Shown here: one piece after another, positions 28,601 through 37,336 of the stretch
How positions within the stretch are numbered: the stretch's first letter is position 1
Layout: every line of letters starts with the position of its first letter
Virus record (IMG/VR): IMGVR_UViG_3300048918_000089
Location: 18,457-82,456 of that record
DNA length: 64,000 nucleotides
Reading direction: 5' to 3' (one strand)
From: a virus
Program-made: the position numbers and the translations under genes
Notes under the pieces: model-generated
What the model was told of the DNA's origin: nothing
Databases searched by the model: none
What the model saw: only the letters and a program-made list of their open reading frames with translations

Positions 28601-31404
28601 TACTCCAGACGGTCAATGCGCTTACCGATTGCAGCAATGTCGCGCATCGTGTACCGACGGTTATCAAGCGTCGAAGACCATGCACCCTCATTGATGTAGC
28701 CCGTCATGCGAGCGACAAACGGTGAGAGCGATGGATACGGTGGGACGTTCACCAATCCAATCGACATAGCCGATGGGATTTCCTGCGGTACGAGGGGCTC
28801 GTCGCGCGAGACGCCACGCACAACAACGAAGTTGCCTTCCGAAGTCAACATGATTCGGTCAATGCGACCGAGATAGTACGACAGATCGGTGACAAACTCC
28901 TCTGTCGGAACGGGATCCATCATGCCCGTCGTGAGTGGTGCTGTAGACGTAGCAGGATTGACCGTCGCTGCGGCAACCGTTGTCGTAGTTGCCGTATCGG
29001 TAATACGAGCGCGGAAGTCAAGCGTGTTGCGAAGATCGAACACCTGGCCCGAGCGCGCGACATAGCGCGGGATCTGCCACGTGTAAATCTGTGACGATGA
29101 TGGTGACGTATCGTTGACGGGGTACGAATCGACAGAGAAGTAACCGACCGAGTTCGATGCCGTTGAGTGCGAGTAGTAGGACAGCTTGACGAGGATTCGC
29201 TTGTTCGTAAGAACGATAGTCGATCCCGCCTTCAGTGCCAGTGTGCCGTGATTGTAGAGCGAATCAGACTGCCCACCATTGAGCACGAACTGATCCGTCA
29301 CATCAAGATACGGTGAGCCTGTGGGTTCAGCCGCGAGTGCTGCGAACGTACCTGTTGTAACCGTCGCACCGTCAACAAGCCAAATCTTCTCAATGCCGAG
29401 CACGTCAGAGACACCAAGAGTCCATGGACCGCTCGGTGTACCGTGTGTTGACGTGTCGATCTTTACGAACCGACTTGTGAGAAGCGACTTGGTCTTGGGC
29501 GCAGGATTCACGCGAACAACATTGACCGCAACGCGGATGTTCTTACCCGCCGACGTACCGGTCGAGATTGATGTTTCGTGCGAGAGCTTGAGCGCACCTG
29601 TTGTTGAATCGAACACCGCCGTACGTGTGCCCGACGTGAAGTCGATTGACTGCCCCTTGTGTAGGGTGCCGATATCTTCTTCTGCCGTTGCGTACACGTT
29701 TGCTGCAAACTGCCCCGCCGTGATTGTACCCGAGAATGCAAACTGCTCATTTGCACCGAGCGTGATGACCGCCGTACCCGCCGTGAACGATGCTACGACT
29801 TCCTTGCGATACTGGAAGGTCGTGTCGTATGCGCCCGTGGGTTGCAACGTCTTGACGCCGTTGTACGGTACTGGGAACAGCATGGGCTCAATGCCCGCCT
29901 CCTGAATCTGCCCTGCTGGCGACAGCTTACCGAATGCTGCAATGCCTCCGACAAGCGCATAGACACCCAGCACTTCCGAGAATGCATGGCCCGCATTCAT
30001 CGTAATGTCATATAGGTGTAGCTTGTACACTGCCGCAGCGGCACCCACAGAACCCGACTCATACAGGATCATACGCACGCGTGCCGTGCCGATGATCGCA
30101 CCGCCCGATGGTGCTGTCGTTGCTGAATACGTCGCCGACGTAACCGCGGTCGGTGCAGTGTTCAACAGCGAGACGAATGCTCCTGTGTTCAGATTCCAAG
30201 GACCTGCAACTTCGATGATTTCTACGTATGAACCGTAGTAGGTCGAGATGGGCTTATTTGAGATGACCGACGTGTCGGTACCCTTATCAACCGCAACAGT
30301 CTCGGTGATGTAGGTCTCGTATTCAAAGCCCTGTACATACGCCTTACCCGGCTCAACACCAACAGCAAGCTTCGTCGCATCACCCGTTGGGAGCGGATAC
30401 TTGCCGTTGTTGACAGTGTTCTTGAGGTGCTCGCGAATGTTCAGAGCGAACGGACGAACCGTATAGTCGCCTGACTCATCGCGCGTGCGTCGTGCCATTT
30501 CCTTGCGCAGTTCACCATATGTGGTCTTGTTGAACTTGCGACGGATCAGCCCATCTTCAATCTCAAAGAGAAGGAAGAAATCCTGTGGCGTTGTGGCATC
30601 GAGGTCATAGGTGACAAGCTCGGTGACAATCTTGTACCGATCTGCGCCAGGCGCCGTGTAGTTGAATGAACCCTGCGCAGGGTCGAGCAGGGTCGGATCG
30701 TTCTGATATGACTCAGCGGTTTCGACCAAGCGATACCCCAACTTCGCCGATGGCGTTGAGGAGTACTTGTCGATGATGGTCGTCTGTGAGTTGTGCAGGA
30801 CGAACACACCCGATGCATACACGATACCTGAATCGACCGTAAAGACTGATCCAAAACCCGTTGCATTTGGGACCGTCGAAACGACAGGGCGTGAACCCGA
30901 TGCAGGCACACCGTTAACAAGTAGCTGGAGTGCTTCTCCTGGCTGGAACGTCGAAACTGTACCGAGCACGTTTGACCCTGAACCCGCACCACCTGAGGCA
31001 GTGTACTGGATGTAGAGGGTCTTGAGATTGACAGAATCTGTCTCCGATCCGTCCTGCACGTACTTGACGATACCGCGGACAAGGGAGTTGACACCCTGGA
31101 ACTCAGAACCGACGAGAGCCTGCAACTGCGCGGGCGTCCAATTTGTTGAGGACGCACTCGGCGTATTCAGGATCTTGACGTACGGGAACGTGAAGTTGTA
31201 CGACTCCGCACAACCCGTAATGACAGTTCCGTCCTTGAAGATGTTGTCACCGAACCGACGAATCTGCTCTTGGAGAATCGTCTGTAGTTGGGTTAGTTCA
31301 CGTGCCTGGACAGCATAACCTGGCTTGAACAGAATGCGGTTGTAGCCCTTTGCAACGGCTTCATCCGAGTCATCAAAGTACGGAAACTTATTGAGATTGA
31401 GCAT
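25675..31404 (-). CDS. large virion/baseplate structural protein (DUF4815-type)
   Basis: PYFDD...YNRILFKPGYAVQARELTQLQTILQEQIRRFG; APGADRYKI; LEYYTSLSLLE; DRFKNGILVDSF; DPIAQTF. Confidence 0.85.
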   Translation of the reverse strand: MLNLNKFPYFDDSDEAVAKGYNRILFKPGYAVQARELTQLQTILQEQIRRFGDNIFKDGTVITGCAESYNFTFPYVKILNTPSASSTNWTPAQLQALVGSEFQGVNSLVRGIVKYVQDGSETDSVNLKTLYIQYTASGGAGSGSNVLGTVSTFQPGEALQLLVNGVPASGSRPVVSTVPNATGFGSVFTVDSGIVYASGVFVLHNSQTTIIDKYSSTPSAKLGYRLVETAESYQNDPTLLDPAQGSFNYTAPGADRYKIVTELVTYDLDATTPQDFFLLFEIEDGLIRRKFNKTTYGELRKEMARRTRDESGDYTVRPFALNIREHLKNTVNNGKYPLPTGDATKLAVGVEPGKAYVQGFEYETYITETVAVDKGTDTSVISNKPISTYYGSYVEIIEVAGPWNLNTGAFVSLLNTAPTAVTSATYSATTAPSGGAIIGTARVRMILYESGSVGAAAAVYKLHLYDITMNAGHAFSEVLGVYALVGGIAAFGKLSPAGQIQEAGIEPMLFPVPYNGVKTLQPTGAYDTTFQYRKEVVASFTAGTAVITLGANEQFAFSGTITAGQFAANVYATAEEDIGTLHKGQSIDFTSGTRTAVFDSTTGALKLSHETSISTGTSAGKNIRVAVNVVRVNPAPKTKSLLTSRFVKIDTSTHGTPSGPWTLGVSDVLGIEKIWLVDGATVTTGTFAALAAEPTGSPYLDVTDQFVLNGGQSDSLYNHGTLALKAGSTIVLTNKRILVKLSYYSHSTASNSVGYFSVDSYPVNDTSPSSSQIYTWQIPRYVARSGQVFDLRNTLDFRARITDTATTTTVAAATVNPATSTAPLTTGMMDPVPTEEFVTDLSYYLGRIDRIMLTSEGNFVVVRGVSRDEPLVPQEIPSAMSIGLVNVPPYPSLSPFVARMTGYINEGAWSSTLDNRRYTMRDIAAIGKRIDRLEYYTSLSLLEQETSNLLIDSPTAPGVDRFKNGILVDSFNDHTIGNVYDSEYLCSIDPKLGELRPYFNLDHIDLALNSSTGLVRKASDAIITLAGLVGNEGDTIVSTSGPAASGTVRHRVGTKLHVENIVGSFSDLQAVTVGGIASTVSGTPIVSLSGDLLMLPYTHGIYARNPFASKPRNCVGALLFDYVGNIVLDPPQDIWTDVTRAPDVNTDGGTDNWDNRQDSWSTEWGAWETIWVGVDIETLNMPPIVAPIPVASPILTGSLPGAFGMLTPSSPLIDMIPTHIDFLPDVPVAQDRVITTSTSHQSRTGIQTSVSSQTTYQNSGSRVLSTALLPYMRSIVVSFTATRLKPLTRMYAFFDGEDVTAFCRPTKDQAGATISAPAYGAPMIADATGKLVGEFRIPAGKFRTGTKTFSVVDDSQNRPGFIHSSGITMFTASGLSTVEQNTIVATRVPVVSQQTVTETRDVADIVFNNTFPVDLGPFGQFTNQDPIAQTFLVSGKSAGMFVSKIDLYFRKKAVTAPITVEIREVSNGVPTGRTVPFGSVTLLPSEINADDTATNATPCVFPAPVYLKNDTEYCFVVMPAGNSDEYELWVSELGENMLGTTTRITEQPATGVLFVSANNSSWTPIQAEDVKFTLYQAVFNTASSGTAVLNNAPYDFLSVTMTGNSADFVPGEVIATTTTNQNGRIKYVARYKTALILQVEKLSPSSVPFVAGSALTATSLISGSADSVKTATVVALVTRPYNTLTPNVGVLNFVGTAVDWSATPTLTGGSAGTALAVRVGQSTDLHAECSVYPASTTLSTFNLTGVLSSTNSDVSPVIDLKKAGVILVSNSINDVDTNETAAAGGSALSRYISRKVVLDAGMDAEDLRVYLTQSTPAGTTIEVYAKLLHASDPTSFLARPWILLDPQSSSTETPAEVIYELPSSVLTSGVYTYSSYSGYKTFAIKIVLLSNNTSLVPKVRDMRAISLMA

Positions 31405-31424
31405 TCCGAATCCCTAGAGTTGGT

Positions 31425-33008
31425 CTAGAAGCGCAGGAAGACCTGCACGATTTCATCTTGGTTTGACGAGCGTGTGATCGGCACACGATTGCTGAGGTAC
31501 ATGACCTCACCCGACAGCTTATCTACGTCAGGGATGACAAGGGTATTTATAGCCACCGGTGTCGAACCCACGACATTTTTCTGCACCGTTGAGGTGCTTG
31601 TAATCAGCGGAATGATAGCAAGCAACCACAGAGTGTTACCTGACTTTTGTACGACTGTAAAGAGCCCACCGTCATTCGTAATGACGGAATCGCCAACAGT
31701 GAATCCTGCGGCGCTGGTCACTGTCGCCTTATAGCACGTCGTTCCAACCGACCCCCGGAACAGCTGGTCAGATCCTGCAACCTTTGGATTCTTGAGCAGA
31801 CCGACCTGACGAAAGACTGTCGGCGCAAATTCAACACCCGGTTCGCCGTCGAGCACAACCTGAATACCCAGGGTCGTTGCGAACAGTTCCTTGGGCGCAT
31901 GTGCACCGTGGCCGCCTGCGGGCGACAGAATTGGGCGGAGTACTGCGCCGAAACCCGTTGACTGACCAATAACGGTCAGGTCTGCAAATGAGTAGCCCGC
32001 TCCTTCTGAGGCGACAGATACCTGCGTGATTGCACCTTCATTGATTCCAGTAACAGTAATCACCGCATCCTGTCCGTCGCCCACAATAGAAACGAGTGTT
32101 TCACCGAGCACGTAATCGGATCCAGGATCAACGATTTCGACAGAGAAGATTGCACCTGTGAGTGAGCCCTCGGCAGCAACCTGTGTGTTTGCTGAATACC
32201 CGAATGCTTCGTTAATGTCGCCGTCCAAAAGCTGAACGGTTCCCGCTGCGCCTGTACCGTTTCCTAGAACATGAACCTCAGCGTGCGAGTATCCATACCC
32301 CTGCTGGACGACGGTGATGGATGCGATGACGCCGCCAACGATGTTTGCGCGAACAACAGCACCGATACCGTCTCCAACAATATACGCGTCCGCCGTCGTG
32401 TAACCCGAACCACCAGATGTGACTGTGACGCCATTCACAAACGAGTTGGTGTCGAAGTCCGTTTCTGCTGTGTAGTATCGGACGGGGATATATTCGCTTG
32501 TGAGGAATCGCGTGACGTCCTGCGCGGGGAGTTCAAACATGAACTTCCAGACGTATCCATCCGATGGACGCTCGGGTTCGACCGGATCGACTGTCGTGGG
32601 CTTGACGAGTGACGGTGTGGCGCCTGCATTGTCGAGGCACTTGTACACCCGATTGTTGTTGGTCAGGACATAGAAGTCAGCATCGGCCAGCGTCTTGGCT
32701 CCAGAATTTGCGGGGTGCGTTGAAGTAATCTCAGAGTCATACCGATCGTATACGGTGCCTCCTGCCCAGTCAATGCGGCGCGCGAGATACACCGCGTCGA
32801 TGGGGCGCACTGACTTGAGGAACAGCATGTCTCGCTGTGCACCTAGGACCTCTTCCCGCGAATCTTCCAGAGCAGGAGGAACGGCGTCATCCGCCCACGC
32901 ACCAATGCGTGATACGAATGCATACCAGTAATCCTTTGAATTTACAATGTCGCGATAGACCGAGCGCGCGAGTTCAAAACGGGCACGGTGAGGAAGCAGA
33001 GTGGGCAT
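31425..33008 (-). CDS. gp8: baseplate wedge subunit
   Basis: RRIDWAGGTVYDRYD, FYVLTNNNRVYKCLDN, DGYVWKFMF, FRQVGLLKNP, SGEVMYLSNRVPITRSSNQDE. Confidence 0.88.
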   Translation of the reverse strand: MPTLLPHRARFELARSVYRDIVNSKDYWYAFVSRIGAWADDAVPPALEDSREEVLGAQRDMLFLKSVRPIDAVYLARRIDWAGGTVYDRYDSEITSTHPANSGAKTLADADFYVLTNNNRVYKCLDNAGATPSLVKPTTVDPVEPERPSDGYVWKFMFELPAQDVTRFLTSEYIPVRYYTAETDFDTNSFVNGVTVTSGGSGYTTADAYIVGDGIGAVVRANIVGGVIASITVVQQGYGYSHAEVHVLGNGTGAAGTVQLLDGDINEAFGYSANTQVAAEGSLTGAIFSVEIVDPGSDYVLGETLVSIVGDGQDAVITVTGINEGAITQVSVASEGAGYSFADLTVIGQSTGFGAVLRPILSPAGGHGAHAPKELFATTLGIQVVLDGEPGVEFAPTVFRQVGLLKNPKVAGSDQLFRGSVGTTCYKATVTSAAGFTVGDSVITNDGGLFTVVQKSGNTLWLLAIIPLITSTSTVQKNVVGSTPVAINTLVIPDVDKLSGEVMYLSNRVPITRSSNQDEIVQVFLRF

Positions 33009-33023
33009 GACAGTAATTATGAG

Positions 33024-35024
33024 TTATGAAACTACGTCAGAAAATTGCACTAGGTCAGACGGTGCCGACAGCACAGTGAAGTCTCTGAAGTGAATTGCCG
33101 TAGTCGGCGTCAGACCTGCGAGATAATGGCCGAATGACTGCTTTGTGACTCGCATGAAACGAACCTCCGTGCGTGATGCAACCTCAGCACCGTCAACATA
33201 CGCGCGAATGATGGGTCCCTGCGCAGTAACACGAATCACTGAGCCCGCATGAAGAGGAGGAATTGCTACCTTGATCGCGTCGAGATCCGGATCGCTTCGG
33301 TTTGTCCCGAGCAACGCATCGGCATCATACACGCTAATTACACCCCACCAACCTGTTGGGCTCGCTGAATCTGGCCATGTTTCAAAATACACGGCCTGTT
33401 GCCTCGTGTTACTATCATCAACAAAGCGGGGTGAGATCCAAATGTCGTTAAAATAACCAGCACTTGCAAGACCACCTGTACGTACTTCACCCAGCGTGAC
33501 GGACACATCAACATCACTGTATCCTGTGTCTACAGATTGTTCTGCCCAATACTCCGTTGTCGGATTTACGGTTGTGGCACCATCTGTTGTTCCGATGACG
33601 GGGAATGTGCCGTCTGTTGGGACGAATGTAAAGCCGCCGACCTCAGTAACACCTAGCGGTACATCGAAGCGACGAAGCGAATCGAATGCGACCAAGAAGG
33701 GAGCAGAGCCCGCAACGTTCTCAACCGCACCATCCAGAATCAAATCTGAGAACACGCGGGTTCCCGCAGGGTGGGCCGAGTTCTTGTACTGCTCATACCA
33801 CTGGTCAGTTGGGATGTGTGTCTGAATGACGTAGGCGTACTGCTGAATTTTCTTGTTGTCCTCGATCTTGCAGATATCCGAAAGGAAGCCCGCAGGCGAA
33901 CGGAACTTTCCTGGATACGTCTTGACGAACCCAGTGTAGAAATCAATGTTTGCTGGTAGACCACCTGTGCGCGGCGGGGCAATCGACGTAGAGAATGTTG
34001 ACGTTTGGAAGCGGTATCCCGATGCAAGAATCTTCAGCGCACCTAGATATCCCACTTCAGGCGCACCGTCATTAGCCGTGACGCGAAGGATCGCGCGGTT
34101 GTCGATGTTATTGCCCGCATACATGTCCTTACCGACGAGATCCACCACATAGTCCTGCGCGAAGTATGCACCGCCCGCGCCCTGTTCGTCAATGATGAAC
34201 GTTTCGCCGATACGAAACTTCGCACCCGGGGTCGTGATGTTATATGACAGCAATTGCCGTGTGAGCGCACCGTACTCAATATCATTGTAGACGATGCGAA
34301 TTTTCTGGTCAATGTCACCTGCTGTGGGTGCGAGCACATAGGTGTCATCGCAATAGCTTGAGAAGAAGTATCCGAGCCGCGTGAGGCCAAAGATTTCTTC
34401 CAGATCAATCGCTGTCTGAATCTGTTCGGCATCTGCCGACACGTCGAGCGTGAAGATGTAGGGATCGTTGGTGCCCGTAACTGACGAAACCTCAGCCGCA
34501 ATTTCGAGCGGGCGGACACCCACCTGTGGGACATAGCGGAAGAAGCGCAGGATGACCCGCTTCGACACGAGGTCAAAGGGATCTGCTGAATAATCTTCGG
34601 TGTCAATCTTGATAGTCCGACGCTTCTCCCATCGACCGTCTGACGCGCGCAAGATGAACTGACCTGGATACTGAACCTTTACCAGATCATTAAACATCAT
34701 GCGGAAGAAGAGTTCGGTTGCTTGCTCCGATCCCTTTGTTGAATAGTACTGGTCGACCTGCTTAATCAGCGTGCGATTTGCAATCAACGCCTGTTCGGAA
34801 ATGTCGCTCGCATACTGAGCACGCATCTTCGTGACAAATTCATCTAGCGTTGAATCAACGTCTATCCAATCTGGGGCTGAATTGAGCAGAGCCTGGGGCT
34901 GCGACTCCTGTTCGAGGAACCGGTAGTACGCCTCTAGGAAGGTCACAAATCCGGGATACTCATCCCGGACAAATGCGGGGAGTTGCCCCGCAACTAGCTG
35001 TGCAACCTTGACCTTAATGGACAT
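33024..35024 (-). CDS. baseplate wedge protein (gp7-like) with an appended C-terminal beta domain
   Basis: QLPAFVRDEYPGFVTFLEAYYRFLE, YSTKGSEQA...FFRMMF, LRASDGRW, AHPAGTRVF; lies between gp6 and gp8. Confidence 0.75.
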   Translation of the reverse strand: MSIKVKVAQLVAGQLPAFVRDEYPGFVTFLEAYYRFLEQESQPQALLNSAPDWIDVDSTLDEFVTKMRAQYASDISEQALIANRTLIKQVDQYYSTKGSEQATELFFRMMFNDLVKVQYPGQFILRASDGRWEKRRTIKIDTEDYSADPFDLVSKRVILRFFRYVPQVGVRPLEIAAEVSSVTGTNDPYIFTLDVSADAEQIQTAIDLEEIFGLTRLGYFFSSYCDDTYVLAPTAGDIDQKIRIVYNDIEYGALTRQLLSYNITTPGAKFRIGETFIIDEQGAGGAYFAQDYVVDLVGKDMYAGNNIDNRAILRVTANDGAPEVGYLGALKILASGYRFQTSTFSTSIAPPRTGGLPANIDFYTGFVKTYPGKFRSPAGFLSDICKIEDNKKIQQYAYVIQTHIPTDQWYEQYKNSAHPAGTRVFSDLILDGAVENVAGSAPFLVAFDSLRRFDVPLGVTEVGGFTFVPTDGTFPVIGTTDGATTVNPTTEYWAEQSVDTGYSDVDVSVTLGEVRTGGLASAGYFNDIWISPRFVDDSNTRQQAVYFETWPDSASPTGWWGVISVYDADALLGTNRSDPDLDAIKVAIPPLHAGSVIRVTAQGPIIRAYVDGAEVASRTEVRFMRVTKQSFGHYLAGLTPTTAIHFRDFTVLSAPSDLVQFSDVVS

Positions 35025-36925
35025 TACATGCTCTCAATGATGGGGATGGCCGTGACTGTGACACCTGCTGAAACTCCCGCTACGTTATTTAGCCCGTTCT
35101 TGTCCAGGCGCAGAATAAGATTCCTTGAGGGAGCAGGTGCCGTTGCAGTCGCAACCAAGACTGTGTTGTTGAGGATCGCTGGGGAAATGTCGTAATGTCC
35201 ATCCTGTGGGACGCCGTAGAGAATCACACCCACCGCACCGACTGGGTAGTCGCGCACATAGAGGTCCGAGATGTTGACCACGCCCGTCTCGTAATTCACA
35301 CTGCCATAGTTATCTGAGATAACCTGACCGGTTGTCGCATCAATCAGCTTCAGCACGCCTGCTGTCGGATCGACGCCGAACGTCTCTGTCGGCACATCCT
35401 GAATGAAGACCGCAGAGTTGATAATTGAATTGCCGATTGAGGTGAAGAAGTTTGATGACCGCAGACTGCGCGGTTCCAGCGACGTGTTGAACGTCGTGGT
35501 TACGTCCGTATCAAGAAACTTGACCGGCTGAATCAGCTTGTTCAGCCGCAGAGAAACCTGCACGCCGATGATCGAAGGATCAACACCATCCAATACCGAC
35601 AAGAGCTTTGAGTAATACATGGTCTTGTCGAGCGTCGAAACTTCGTTGTCGAAGTACGAGGTGATGCGATTCACAATCAAGGCACGCATCTGGCCAGCAT
35701 CAAGTGTCGTCGTGAGCGTGCTGTACTTCACATCAACATTCATGCCGATGAAGAGGTATTCAGGCTCAACAAACTCATGCTGGAGAGTGAGCATTGACCG
35801 CGGTCCCACGATGTTGTTAATGATGTTCGACTTGTCTGCCTCTGACAGGACGTATTCATCGACCGTATCAATCGAGATGAAGACCTTTCCGTAGATAGGA
35901 GGCATGTTGTCCTCGCCACCCCAGACTGAGATGCCCTTGACGAATGGGAACATCGACTTGATAAGGGTCTTGTAATCCTGTGCCGTCACGGCACGATTGC
36001 GCGTTGCATTTAGCCGCGGTGCATTGAAGCGAATCGAATCAATGTCCTCAGCAGGAGCACCGCCCGCAGCAGAGAGGACAATATCCACCACTACGTCAGC
36101 GGCACCCGGGAACACCGACGCGAGCGCAAAGACGCTCGCACCATTCGCGCCACTTGTGGCTGACGTCTGGAAGTATTCAACATAGACGACATTGCCCACT
36201 TCAAGCTGCGCGCCCAGAATATCATTGCCGAATTGAATCTGATACCGTCCCGTCGGAGTCTCTTCAACCCAGAACACCTTTGATGTGGGCAGCAGATCAA
36301 CAATCGTATCCGTCTTGGTATACACTTCACCATTCACTGAATCTGATGCGGGCGCGACAATGACGCCCATCGTCGTTGTATCAATGTTCGGGGTAGGCAG
36401 CAAGAACGGTCCCGAGACCGTATCCTGAATGACTGTGAACTGCGCACCGAGACGAATGCCCTCAATGAGTTCAACCGCAGGGAACACGTACTGGTTATTG
36501 ACCTGGTCGTAGATCGCAGAGTATGTTTCCTTCGGATAGAACGTGTATCCAAAATCATCAACCAACGTCGCAAACGCGGTCGTCTTGGGGAGCGTAATGA
36601 TAGGCTCGGGTGTTGAACTCGACGGTGTGACCGTCAAGGAGACCGTCGCATGGGCCGCACGTCCTGAACGAGGAATGTAGCCCAGCGTCTTGGCATGGGA
36701 CACGACCGATGACCGCTTGATTGCCGTGTCAATGAACATTTCATTGGCAAGCAAGTGTGCGAGCATAGCATTGTAGGACGTGTTGTACGCCAGCACGTCA
36801 AGCAAGACCGACATGGTTGAACCTTCAAAGTCGTAGTCCGCAAGTTCATTCTGACCCTTGAGGAACGTCTTGAGGTTTCCCTTGATGGTTTCAAAGTCTA
36901 GCTCGGTTAGCCGAATGTCAGCCAT
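35024..36925 (-). CDS. gp6: baseplate wedge subunit
   Basis: LDFETIKGNLKTFL...DYDFEGS...LLDVLAYNT; QNRAVTAxDY-like NRAVTAQDY; VWGGEDN.PP.YGKVFISI. Confidence 0.95.
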   Translation of the reverse strand: MADIRLTELDFETIKGNLKTFLKGQNELADYDFEGSTMSVLLDVLAYNTSYNAMLAHLLANEMFIDTAIKRSSVVSHAKTLGYIPRSGRAAHATVSLTVTPSSSTPEPIITLPKTTAFATLVDDFGYTFYPKETYSAIYDQVNNQYVFPAVELIEGIRLGAQFTVIQDTVSGPFLLPTPNIDTTTMGVIVAPASDSVNGEVYTKTDTIVDLLPTSKVFWVEETPTGRYQIQFGNDILGAQLEVGNVVYVEYFQTSATSGANGASVFALASVFPGAADVVVDIVLSAAGGAPAEDIDSIRFNAPRLNATRNRAVTAQDYKTLIKSMFPFVKGISVWGGEDNMPPIYGKVFISIDTVDEYVLSEADKSNIINNIVGPRSMLTLQHEFVEPEYLFIGMNVDVKYSTLTTTLDAGQMRALIVNRITSYFDNEVSTLDKTMYYSKLLSVLDGVDPSIIGVQVSLRLNKLIQPVKFLDTDVTTTFNTSLEPRSLRSSNFFTSIGNSIINSAVFIQDVPTETFGVDPTAGVLKLIDATTGQVISDNYGSVNYETGVVNISDLYVRDYPVGAVGVILYGVPQDGHYDISPAILNNTVLVATATAPAPSRNLILRLDKNGLNNVAGVSAGVTVTAIPIIESM

Positions 36926-37323
36926 TAGCGCAGCCTCTTGAGAATCGTTGAGAATGTGACAGGTGTGCCAATCCCAACGATGTTGAAATTGATTGTGACA
37001 GCGTATGCCGACTCGTCATAGTACGGAACAACGTCCAGTGAAATGAGTTGAGCACGAGGCTCATCATTCTGGATGACCCGCTCAATCGCCTGCTTGAGCA
37101 TGTTGGTCGTGATCGGATCAATGGGCTCAAACAACAGGCGATAGAGAGGCGACCCCCGCTCGGGATGAAACAGGCGTTCATAGAAGCTGGTCATGAGGAG
37201 CAACTTCATCGACTGCTTGACCGCGTTCACGTCCGTGACCCTAGACACGTCTCGCGTTACCGGATGCGGTGCGAGACCTAGCTGAAGATCCTTGTAGAGT
37301 CGAACTGGGTTTCCGATGGCCAT
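36925..37323 (-). CDS. gp25: baseplate wedge subunit (gp25 / sheath initiator)
   Basis: YKDLQL...HPVTRDV...AVKQSMKLLLMTSFYERLFHPE.GS...EPRA. Confidence 0.93.
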   Translation of the reverse strand: MAIGNPVRLYKDLQLGLAPHPVTRDVSRVTDVNAVKQSMKLLLMTSFYERLFHPERGSPLYRLLFEPIDPITTNMLKQAIERVIQNDEPRAQLISLDVVPYYDESAYAVTINFNIVGIGTPVTFSTILKRLR

Positions 37324-37328
37324 ACCGT

Positions 37329-37336
37329 TATTTATT
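37329..37336 (-). promoter_or_regulatory. T4-type late promoter (AATAAATA) upstream of gp25
   Basis: Plus strand tatttatt. Confidence 0.6.
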
